From Eledone cirrhosa (Eukaryota), in NCBI GenBank assembly GCA_964016885.1, contig OZ024741.1, positions 37,262,001-37,326,000 of the forward strand: a stretch of DNA of 64,000 nt, read 5' to 3'. Below the pieces are notes generated by a model, which worked only from the letters and a program-made list of their open reading frames with translations, did no database searches and was not told the DNA's origin. Position 1 is the stretch's first letter. Every line of letters starts with the position of its first letter. This document shows, one piece after another, positions 22,374-33,484 of this stretch. A program made the position numbers and the translations under genes.

Positions 22374-24775
22374 ATGACAATGCCAAAGATAACGACAAAT
22401 TCACCTCATGTTGCCGGACGAAAGGGCAAGGCCCCCTCCTCTTTGTGTCGGCTGCGGATGGCCAAAATAACCCCAACCCCATCCCCCTCACCCATCCCTG
22501 CGCCCCATTCTCCAAACACAATCCAAAACTTCAGAGTTGGTACCATAAATGTAGGCACCTTAAAAGGCCGCTCTAACGAGGTTGTAGAAATGCTTGAATG
22601 TAAGGAGGTTGATGTTTGCTGTATCCAAGAGACCAGGTGGAGGGGTGGGTCTGCTAGATTCATTGTGGGTAAAAAACGTTGCTATAAGCTTTTCTGGGTG
22701 GGAAATGACAATGGGATAGGTGGGGTAGGAATCATGTTAGCAGAAAAATGGGTGGATAAGATAATAGATGTAAATAGAGTAAATGACAGAATAATTAAAA
22801 TAAGATTTGTTCTAAATAGAACTACTGTGACAGTAATATCGGCATACGCGCCCCAATCCGGACTGCCTGGCGCTATAAAAGACAGATTCTATGAGACACT
22901 GATGCTCACTACCTCCCAAATAACCGACAGTGACTATACAATTATTGCTGGCGACCTAAATGGCCACGTTGGTCAACATTGTGGCGGCTATGACGGAATC
23001 CACGGAGGCTATGGGTTTGGTACTAGAAACGAGGAAGGCTCCAGAATCCTGGAATTCTGTGATGTAAATAACCTAACTATCTGTAACACTAACTTCAAAA
23101 AACGAGACAATCACTTGATCACTTACAGATCAGGGGAACATACCAGCCAGGTAGATTATATCCTTACCAGAAGACGTGACAGAGTGTCTGTTGTAAACAC
23201 TAAATCCCTCCCCCATGAAGAATGCACCTCCCAACATAGACTGATAATTAGCGACCTCATAGTCAGGACGAGACGTACTCGACAGCAGAAGAGGACTATC
23301 CTCATGAGAAAAATATGGAAGCTAAAGGACCCCACAGCCAGAAATAAATTTCAAAGCATATTACTTGATGCTTTCGACAGTAAGGAAGAGCAATTAGAGT
23401 CGTACAATATAGAGGAACAGTGGGAATTCCTGAAAGCAAACCTGCTGATGGCGGCAGATGAAGTCTGTGGCTGGAACAGGCCTGTAGGCAGAAGGAGAGT
23501 AACATGGTGGTGGAACAGTAAGGTGGAGGAGTCAATTAAGGCCAAAAAGCAGGCTTGGAAAGTATGGCGGGATGGGGGAAGTAGAGAAGACTATCAAGTG
23601 GCCAGGAGGGAAGCTAGGAGACAAGTGTACTTCGCAAGAAGGGAAGCAGAGGAAAGAAAGTTCAAGCATGTTCTACAACGCGAGGACCAAAAACGTGAGG
23701 TGTTCAGGATTGCTAGGCAATGTGTCAAGGAAAACCGTGATATTGTCGGGGAGAAGTGTGTACTTAATGATGATGGCGTACTTGCCATCACTGACGCTGA
23801 TAAGAAGGTAGCTTGGAAGTGTCACTACGAAAGGCTATTAAATGAGGAGAATAAATGGGAGAAAGACAGTCTCCCCCACATCGACTCAATAGAGGGACCA
23901 GCAGTGTTAGTCGAAGGTAGTATAATAAGTAAGGCAATCAAAGATATGAAGACGGGTAAGGCAGCTGGGCCTTCGGAAATAGTTGCTGAGATGCTGAAAG
24001 CCTCTGGAATGGTGGGACACACCATGGTCACCTGGATAGTAAACTAAGTCATACAGAATGGGGTTGTTCCGAAGGACTGGCGTAGCAGCATCATCATTAA
24101 CTGCTACAAGGGTAAAGGAGACGCCCTAGATAGGAGTAACTATAGAGGCATTAAATTAATTGACCAGGTCATGAAGGTCACGGAAAAAGTAATAGCGCAA
24201 CTAATCAGAGAGAGAATCGATCTAGATGAAATGCAGTTCGGGTTTGTGTCAGGCAAAAGTACCACAGACGCTCTTTTCATTGTACGACAACTACAGGAGA
24301 AGTACCTAGCTAAAAGTAAACCCCTAAACTTAGCTTTCGTCGACTTGGAGAAAGCCTTCGACAGAGTCCCCCGTTCCATTATCTGGTGGGCTCTTAGAAA
24401 ACTAGGTGTTGATGAATGGCTTGTGAGAGCTATACAAGCCATGTATAAAGAAACAGTGAGCAAGGTTAGAATTAACAACGAATATAGTGAAGAGTTTAGC
24501 GTAAAAGTTGGTGTTCATCAGGGCTCTGTTCTTAGCCCCCTACTATTTATTATTACCCTTCAGGCTATAACAGTGGAGTTCAAGACCGGCTGCCCATGGG
24601 AACTCCTATACGCAGATGATCTAACGCTCATAGCTGAATCAATGGCCGAGCTAGAGAAGAAATTCCAAACATGGAAGCACGGCCTAGAATCAAAAGGCCT
24701 TAAAATTAACCTGGCTAAGACTAAAGTTCTAGTTTGTAGGAAAGAAAATAAGGCGCCTGTCCCTTCTGGGAAATG
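22374..24775 (+). mobile_element. RTE-like LINE, subfamily B, copy 1 (APE + RT through YADD, 3'-deleted)
   Basis: 800-codon frame with one stop (CAA>TAA, 24045); TINVGTL, IQETRW, GDLNGHVG, SQVDYIL, FVDLEKAFD, LYADDL; ends at PSGK. Confidence 0.96.
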
Positions 24776-24868
24776 TTAACCTCGGCGGGATTTGAACTCA
24801 GAATGGCAAGGGCCGTAACTCTATGCGTCAAAGCATGGCGTCCGACCCTCTACCGATACTGCCAATCC
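24776..24868 (-). mobile_element. 5' half of a family-1 SINE
   Basis: Minus strand GGATTGGCAGTATCGG...GAGTTCAAATCCCGCCGAGGTTAA; tail missing. Confidence 0.85.
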
Positions 24869-26014
24869 ATTAATGAGATTAAATAAACTACCCTAAAATT
24901 GGCGATGTTCCCAATCTTTTGAATAAATGTTTAAGCTGGATAAACTTCTATAATGAATATAAGAGCATTTGTAGAATAAGTTTTGAATGATTTCTGCTAA
25001 ATAAAGCTTGGTGAACAATTTTGGTTTTGTTTGCTTTTGATTCTGATTTTATGTGACTGATATGCGTGGCATACTATGTTCTCTTGCGTCCCTAGATACT
25101 CTGTGGAGTGACGAAGATATTCTTGGCGTTTTTAATTTTTAATATTGATATCTGTTGTCTATTCTATGCTTGATCGATAACCATGCAGGTGAGGCAGGAA
25201 TGTTACTTTAAATGTTAATGTATATCTTATATATTTTATGTCTATATATATGTAAATATGTATGTAAATATATGTAGGGTGGAATCTTTTGTAACGCAAT
25301 GAAGATTTTCATGAAATATAAGAATCTGTGGAGCATATCACGTAAGTTCACATGTGTGTCTATAATTATCAACTTGAATTTGAGATAACCTTCTCTTTTC
25401 TCTTTTTTCTTTTTTCATGAGAATGCATATATACTTATGTTTGAAGTTTTATCTCAGATTTTGCTATAGACCTAAGAATTTTTAAACTAAGCATGGGGTC
25501 ATTTTTTCACACATTATGGATATGTGTTTCATTCATGAATACTGATATTTACATTATAATACCTAATTCATAAAAATTGATAATTCAAATGGATGAGACA
25601 TAATATATATTTTTAATATATTTTAAATATATCATCTTTCTTTCTTTTTCTCCTCTACACTGGACGTGATTTATGTGTCGGCTAGTTTAATTGTATCCCT
25701 TCCCTCCTTAACCTCTCACATATACGATGATCATCTGTCCAAAAGCTGCCTACTATATTTTTTCACTTCCTCAATGTATTTCTCTCTCCCATATCTCCTT
25801 CTCTCTCTATCTCGCTCTGTTGTTTTTCTTTACATACATCTCTTCATCTTCTTCTTTTTTATTTACATACATCTCTTCATCTTCTTCTTTTCATCTTCGT
25901 TTTTCTTTCTATATAACTGTCATAACAGTTTCACTACCAAATCAACTTTTTAAATGGAAGTTGCATTATTATAAGGTATGTCAAAATTATTTATAAAACA
26001 GCTTATGTATTGTA

Positions 26015-26080
26015 TTTTGTCTGAGGAAGGCATACCATATTTTTAATATGATATCCCAGAAATATATATAACGAAATAAA
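26015..26080 (+). ncRNA. Degenerate hammerhead-like motif followed by AATAAA
   Basis: TTTTGT-CTGAGGA-(imperfect stem GGCATACCATAT/ATATGATATCC)-CA-GAAA-TATATA-TA-ACGAAA. Confidence 0.4.
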
Positions 26081-26338
26081 TATGGTTTTATAAATATAGT
26101 TTCCATTTGTTTAATATCGTAAACCTACTCCAGAAACTGTTGAGTGCTTTTATATCAGTTATAAAATATTTACTCGTTGTAACCCAACAATTTTAAATAA
26201 AACTTTTGCATATATATATATATATATATATGTATTTCTATAGCCATACATGATTATATGCATATTGATGTGTGCACATATATGTATAGATGATGAACTC
26301 CCATGTTGTATATCAACATATAAGGGTGTATATATACC

Positions 26339-26394
<56 letters not shown>

Positions 26395-27332
26395 TAAAAA
26401 GGAAGAGAAAATGCTGACAAATTTTTTCCAGTGAAAAATAGTTTAATTAGGAATAAGTATAAATTAGTAATAAGTATTAGTTAGTATTCAGTTTTAGTTT
26501 TAAGTTTTTACCGATTGAAGATTTCTTACGCTTTTCAAAAATAATTTTGAGATAAAGTGTTCGTGATTTTTGCTCTAATCTGATCAGTTTTGGAAATTCT
26601 TCCTGTTTTATGTGAAAAAAGTGGCTTGGAAGGTATTAAGATTTGGTTGGTTATTGAATGTCACGTGAATAAGCACTATAAATTTTGTACCAATTCGTGT
26701 TGCAAAAATTCTTGTTGCAAAAATTCTTGTAGTCAAAACAATTCTGATTAGTCGGTAGAAGTCACGTGAATGTTTAAATTGATTTTAGCGCGAACTGGTT
26801 TCACGCCAAATGTAGGTTTGTCAAAGAGTGTCCTTTTCCGCTTGATTGAGTTGCAGTCATGTTGAGAGGTCAACAGTTCAGGTATCTATTAAGACAAATA
26901 TGTGTGTGTGTGTGTGTGTAGCAAAGTGGTTCATTGTTGTGATAATGGAAATGAATCGGTCAGTAGTAATGTATGTGTACGCGTGTGTGTATGGGGGGGG
27001 GGGAGGTTTATTTTAACATATTGAAACATATTTTTCAGCTCTTATCTTATACGGAGAAGTGTGTGTGTGTGTATGTCTGTCGGTATGTTAGTGTGTGCGT
27101 GTGTATGTGTGTTGTGTGTGTGTGTGGATGGACCAGTATTTTTGTGGTACTGGTAAAAATGGCGTGCATTATTCAATATTTTCAGTCATTTGCAAAAACG
27201 ATTCTCTCAAAAGAACATCAATAACATCAATAACAAAAGAGGTGAAATGATGTATCGTATTGTCATAACAACAAGGCGTGTGTGAGTCCAGATTGTCCGT
27301 ACTGCAAGGGGAATCCATTATATATATATAAT

Positions 27333-27525
27333 GGCGGTGGATTGGTAGTATCGATAGAGAGTCGGACGCCATACTTTGCAGCAAAAGAGTTACGCCCCTT
27401 TATGGTCTGAGTTCAAATCCCGCTGAGGTTAACTTTGCCTTTCATCTTTACGGGGTCGATAAAAGAAAGTACTAGTAATACACTGGGATAATTGCTGGCC
27501 TTGTGCCAAAAGTAAAAACAATTAT
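27333..27525 (+). mobile_element. Family-1 SINE
   Basis: A box, B box, core and tail. Confidence 0.9.
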
Positions 27526-27547
27526 ATATATATATATATATATACAT

Positions 27548-29822
27548 GACGCTGATAAGAAGGTCGCTTGGAAGTGTCACTACGAGAGGCTACTAAATGA
27601 GGAGAATAAATGGGAGAAGGATAGTCTCCCCCAGATCGATCCAATAGAGGGACCAGCAGTGTTAGTTGAAGGTAGTATAATAAGTAAGGCAATCAAAGAT
27701 ATGAAGACGGGTAAGGCGGCTGGGCCTTCGGAAATAGTTGCTGAGATGCTGAAGGCCTCTGGAACGATGGGACACACCATGGTCACCCGGATAGTAAACC
27801 AAGTCATACAGAATGGGGTTGTTCCGAAGGACTGGCATAGCAGCATCATCATTAACTGTTACAAGGGTAAAGGAGACGCCCTAGATAGGAGTAACTATAG
27901 AGGCATTAAATTCATCGACCAGGTCATGAAGGTCACGGAAAAAGTAATAGCACAACTAATCAGAGAGAGAATTGACCTAGATGAAATGCAGTTCGGGTTT
28001 GTGTCAGGAAGAAGTACCACAGACGCTCTTTTCATTGTACGACAACTACAGAAGAACCTAGCTAAAAGTAAACCCCTATACTTAGCCTTTGTCGACTTGG
28101 AGAAAGCCTTCGACAGAGTCCCCCGTTCCATTATCTGGTGGGCTCTTAGAAAACTAGGTGTTGAATGGCTTGTGAGAGCTATACAAGCCATGTATACAGA
28201 AACAGTGAGCAAGGTTAGAATTAACAACGAATATAGTGAAGAGTTTAGCGTAAAAGTTGGTGTCCATCAGGGCTCTGTTCTTAGCCCCCTACTGTTTATT
28301 ATTGCCCTTCAGGCTATAACAGAGGAGTTCAAGACCGGCTGCCCATGGGAACTCCTATACGCAGATGATCTAACGCTCATAGCTGAATCAATGGCCGAGC
28401 TAGAGAAGAAATTCCAAACATGGAAGCACGGCCTAGAATCAAAAGGCCTTAAAATTAACCTGGCTAAGACTAAAGTTCTAGTTTGTAGGAAAGAAGATAA
28501 GGCGCCGGTCCCTTCCGGGAAATGACCATGCTCAGTGTGTAGGAAAGGCGTAGGTAGAAACTCCATTTTATGTCCCAAATGCAAAGTATGGGTGCATAAA
28601 AGATGTAGTGGGATCACAGGTAAGCTAACTAAGAACACAGATTTTACATGTGGCCGGTGCTCTGGTGCAATAAGTAGCAGCAAGTGCCCACAAAATACTA
28701 GCTCTTTCAATTGCGCAGAGGGTTCTATAGAAATAGTGGACAGCTTCCGTTACCCGGAGGACAAAATCAGCAGTGGGGGAGGGTGCTCTGAAAGTACAGT
28801 AGCTAGAGTCAGAACTGGATGGAAAAAGTTCAGAGAGCTTATACCACTATTAGCCGCTAAAGAGTTCTCCCTAAAAATGAAAGGCAGATTGTATGATGCC
28901 TGCATACGAACAGCAATGTTGCATGGCAGTGAGACCTGGGCATTGTGTGCAGAGGATATACCCAGACTAGAGAGGAACGAAGCTTGCATGCTCCACTGGA
29001 TGTGTAATAGTAATATACGTGAACGGCAAAGCATAAACGAACTAAGGAAAAAATTAGAAATAAGAGGGATCAGATGTTGTTTACTCGAGAGAAGGCTACG
29101 TTGGTATGGTCACGTGATGCGCATGAAAGATGACAGCTGTATAGCAAAGTGCAGGGCAATAAAGATAGATGGTAGCCACGGAGTAGGCAGACCCAGAAAA
29201 ACCTGGGACGAGCTGATAAATTCCGACCTCACACACTTACACCTCTCCAAGACAATGTCACTGGACCGAGACCTTTGGCGGTACTCAGTAATAGAGAAAA
29301 CCCGCCTTACCTAAATACAAAGTAAAACCTACTACAGTCAGTAGGCATCTCTAACAAAATACACCCCGTCCCACCACCCCACCCCATCCACACCGCCCCT
29401 TTCAATGTAAAGTTATGTTGGTGCCACAACATCCAGGCCGAAACAAATGAGATCGTGTAGGTGTCACGACAAAAAAAAAACACACAGTCCACGTTGTAAA
29501 TGTGGCCGTGTAGGCAACACGGTAAAAACCTCCCAGACCCACACTGTAAATGTGGTTGGTGTTAGGAAGGGCATCCAGCTGTAGAAAACCCGCCAGACAG
29601 TCCACGCTGTAATGTGGCTGTGTAGGCAACACGGTAAAAACCTCCCAGCCCCACACTGTAAATGTGGTTGGTGTTAGGAAGGGCATCCAACTGTAGAAAA
29701 CCCGCCAGACAGTCCTATGCGAGCAAGACAACCACTCTTGCCTCAAGTGGGAAAACTCCCGTCCAAACCCATGCCAGCGTGGAACATGGACGTTAAACGA
29801 TGATGATGATGATGATGATGAT
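27548..29822 (+). mobile_element. RTE-like LINE, subfamily B, copy 2 (5'-truncated; RT, PHD, 3'UTR)
   Basis: Starts at DADKKVAWK; TGG>TGA at 28523; two 3-bp deletions; 3'UTR with ~113-bp tandem duplication; (GAT)n tail. Confidence 0.96.
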
Positions 29823-30443
29823 ATATATATGAATATATATTATTAGTAGAAACAATTATTATTATCTCCCAACTAGCGGACTATTGAGAGTAAGTTAAAC
29901 AATTTTTCACTTTTTTATTGTGTTTTTGTTTTGATATGCACTCTTTTTTCCTGCTATTAATTTTATCTCTGATTCTTTTAAGTTGTGAAATAGATTGGTT
30001 CTCTACGTACGCGGCTGACACATTTCAGCTTGCTACTATATTGCTCTATAATGTATGATCACATTTAAAGTCTGTTAAAGGTTCTTGGCACTACAATTGT
30101 TACTATCGCTTTCCTCTAGCCATGGGACTTGGAGATATGAGCCGAATGCTACCATTCTATTATATATCGATGTGGGACTGCTATTTCTAATAGCCATCTT
30201 TTCACCTCTTAATAATTTGTGTGTGAGAAACGTTGGCTGAGAGCTTTTGACGGGAACAAAAAGATTGGTTTTCTAGTCCCCCGCAACCAAGTAAAATTTG
30301 TAAATCGGTGACAGGTCGAGAGATAGAGTCGTATCGGATTCCAGTTGCTAATCACTTTACCGTGTCGGATGTCACAAACAGTCATGACTAGCATGGGCTG
30401 GTGTTTGGATTCTGTTGATCGATTGGTTATTGATTAGGCGATA

Positions 30444-30553
30444 CCCGCTGATGAAGCTGCATAAGCCGATTGTACATTGTTGCATAATATATGCAGACGG
30501 GTGGTGCAGTGCACCTTTCTGCTGCATTAGTGTGGCCAAAACTCGAGTCCAGG
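30444..30553 (+). ncRNA. Decayed hammerhead motif with long stem II
   Basis: CCCG-CTGATGA-AGCTGCA...TGTGGCC-AAAA-CTCGAG-TC-CAGG; GAAA>AAAA and CGGG>CAGG are consistent with CpG decay. Confidence 0.4.
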
Positions 30554-30717
30554 AACTATTATAGGCACCCGTTTTACGTGTGTTGTATTGAAGCAAATAA
30601 CTACGTGTATACTCTGGGAATGTATCTTATATTGCCTATTGAGTACGCTGAGATACAACCAGTCCTGGCATTGATAAATATGCTGGGTCCGTCAACTCCT
30701 TATTCTATGAATATATG

Positions 30718-30757
<40 letters not shown>

Positions 30758-30778
30758 TATGTATATACATATATATGT

Positions 30779-31120
30779 ATCATCATCATCATTTCATTTT
30801 ACGTCCGCTTTTCCCTGCTTGCAAGGGTGGGACGGGAACTGATTCTGGCTTGATTTCTACAGCTGGATGCCCTTCCTAACACCAACCTCATTTACAGTGA
30901 GTGCTGGGTGCTTTTTTGCCGTGGCACCTCCACGACCACTTTGCAGTGGAATGATAGGGACCTCAGTCCCTATCATCTCATTTCTACAGCTGAGTAAACT
31001 AGAGCAATGTGAAATAAAGTGTCTTGCTCAAGGAAACAACACATCACCCGGTCTGAGATTTGAACTCACAACCTTTCGATTGCAAGGCCAATGCTCTAAC
31101 CACTAAGCCATGTGCCTCCA
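30779..31120 (-). mobile_element. Full-length SINE family 2
   Basis: Minus strand tRNA head TGGCTTAGTGGTTAGAGC...GAGTTCAAATCT, CCTTGAGCAAGACACTT core, LINE-A 3' end and (GAT)n. Confidence 0.92.
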
Positions 31121-31204
31121 TCTAAGCCATGTGCCTCCATACACATATATATATATATATATGTATATATGTATATATATGTATATATATGTATATATAT
31201 ATAT

Positions 31205-31420
31205 GGAGGCACATTGTGAGTTCAATTCTCAGACCTATCGTTCCACTGCAAAGTGTTCGTGGAGGTGCCACGGCAAAAAAGCACCCAGCACTCACTGTAA
31301 ATGAGGTTGGTGTTAGGAAGGGCATCCAGCTGTAGAAATCAAGCCAGAATCAGTTCCCGTCTCACCCTTGCAAGCAGGGAAAAGTGGACGTAAAATGAAA
31401 TGATGATGATGAAAATGATA
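31205..31420 (+). mobile_element. Internally deleted SINE family 2
   Basis: GGAGGCACAT head joined to B box, then 3' half nearly identical to 30779-30955. Confidence 0.88.
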
Positions 31421-31424
31421 TATA

Positions 31425-31475
<51 letters not shown>

Positions 31476-31984
31476 TGTATGTATATATATGTATATATAT
31501 AAATATTTATATATTTATATAAATGAATAAATGTATATATACATTTATATATTTATATATGAATGATATATAATGTATGTATATAAGTATATATATATAA
31601 ATATTTATATATTTATATAAATGAATAAATGTATATATATATAAGTATATATTTATATATGTATATATATGTGTGTGTATATATACATACACACATACAC
31701 ATGTATATATATATATATATATATATGCGGGTGTATATGAATTTGCATGTTTGCGTATGTGCTTTTGCTTCAGTATGTCTACCTCTTACCAATTGTATGT
31801 ACGTGTGTGTACTGTATGACCAATGACATTTACATCTATACTTCATTTAATTCCACATCTTCACCAGTATCTTCCTCTTTCCACATCCACTCCAAGTGTA
31901 AACCAGCAGAAATAAATACCTCTAACACAAGCCACCCCACCTCCTCCACCACCATTTCATGTATTCATCTATACATTATACATT

Positions 31985-32031
<47 letters not shown>

Positions 32032-32137
32032 GTATATATACATTTTTATAAATATCATGTATATATATATGCATGTGTATGATACATACATATATATACA
32101 TATACATATATGCATACAAACACACACATTATATAAA

Positions 32138-32190
<53 letters not shown>

Positions 32191-32192
32191 GT

Positions 32193-32244
<52 letters not shown>

Positions 32245-32300
32245 TATATGTGTCTATTTATATATACATAAAAATATGTATGTATATATATGTGTATGTA

Positions 32301-32332
<32 letters not shown>

Positions 32333-32830
32333 CTTGTATATATAAACACTCATATACATAATACACAAACACACTGCTATGATTCAATAATTTTTCACAC
32401 ATATATACACATCTCTTATGCTACAGCGTACATTAGTGTTTACATACTATTAATATTCGTTCACTTGTAAATAGTACCGAGTCAACCATGAAACTTTTCT
32501 GCCATGGTCGCTAAATGTCTGCCTGGATCGTGTGGTGGAGTGGTTGGGTGTGGGGCCGGAGTGGGGCAATAACACATACAAATAATAGAAGGATGATAAA
32601 AAATAAGGGATACATTTCATACTGCACATGCAAATATATGGAGATATTCTGTACATATATGTATGTATGTGTGTATGTATGTATGTATGTATGTATGTAT
32701 GTATGTATGTATGTATGTATGTATGTATGTATGTATCTATTTAATATATCTATACACATATATAATTATACATATATATACATTCTCACATAAGCATGTT
32801 TGCTTGTGTCTGTGTGTGCATATATACGTA

Positions 32831-32920
<90 letters not shown>

Positions 32921-32922
32921 GG

Positions 32923-32995
<73 letters not shown>

Positions 32996-33017
32996 TATTT
33001 GTGCGTGCGTGTGTGTG

Positions 33018-33484
33018 TGTCCATCAGGGCTCTATTCTTAGCCCACTCTTGTTTATTGTCATCATCCAGGCTATAATGGAAGTTTAAGACTGGCTGCCCA
33101 TGGGAACATCTGAGTCAGTTGTAGTATATAGCAGAAGTGATAACATGGTTTGGACATGTGAAGTGTATGGAGGATTGAACATGTGAAAGTTGATGGAAAC
33201 TATGGAAGAGGAAAACCTAGAAAAGCTTGTGATGAAGTGATAAAAGTTGATAAAAGCCAAAATAGCCTCTCAAAAAAGATGACACAGCTTGAGATCTCTG
33301 GTGTCATGCTGTACTGCAGACGACCTGCATTCCCATGGGCACAAAACGAAATGAAACAATCATTTGGAAGACACAATCGTCTGCCCCAATCTTCTCTTCA
33401 CCTCACCCTTTTCACTCTCCCCAATCTTAATATGCCAACACTCACCAGCTATATATCTCATGCACCAATTCTATGTCAAAGCTT
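33018..33484 (+). mobile_element. Decayed RTE-like LINE (subfamily C): RT scraps, C-terminus and start of 3'UTR
   Basis: [44 protein letters not shown]. Confidence 0.85.

Noticed and set aside
22345-22430. Ribozyme in the LINE-B 5' region (CTGAAGA ... GACGAAAG)
   Set aside because: Could not build stems I-III by eye; an HDV-like fold cannot be assessed without computation
31045-31120. tRNA gene (also 59384-59450 and family-1 heads)
   Set aside because: A and B boxes run into SINE bodies; no complete acceptor stem
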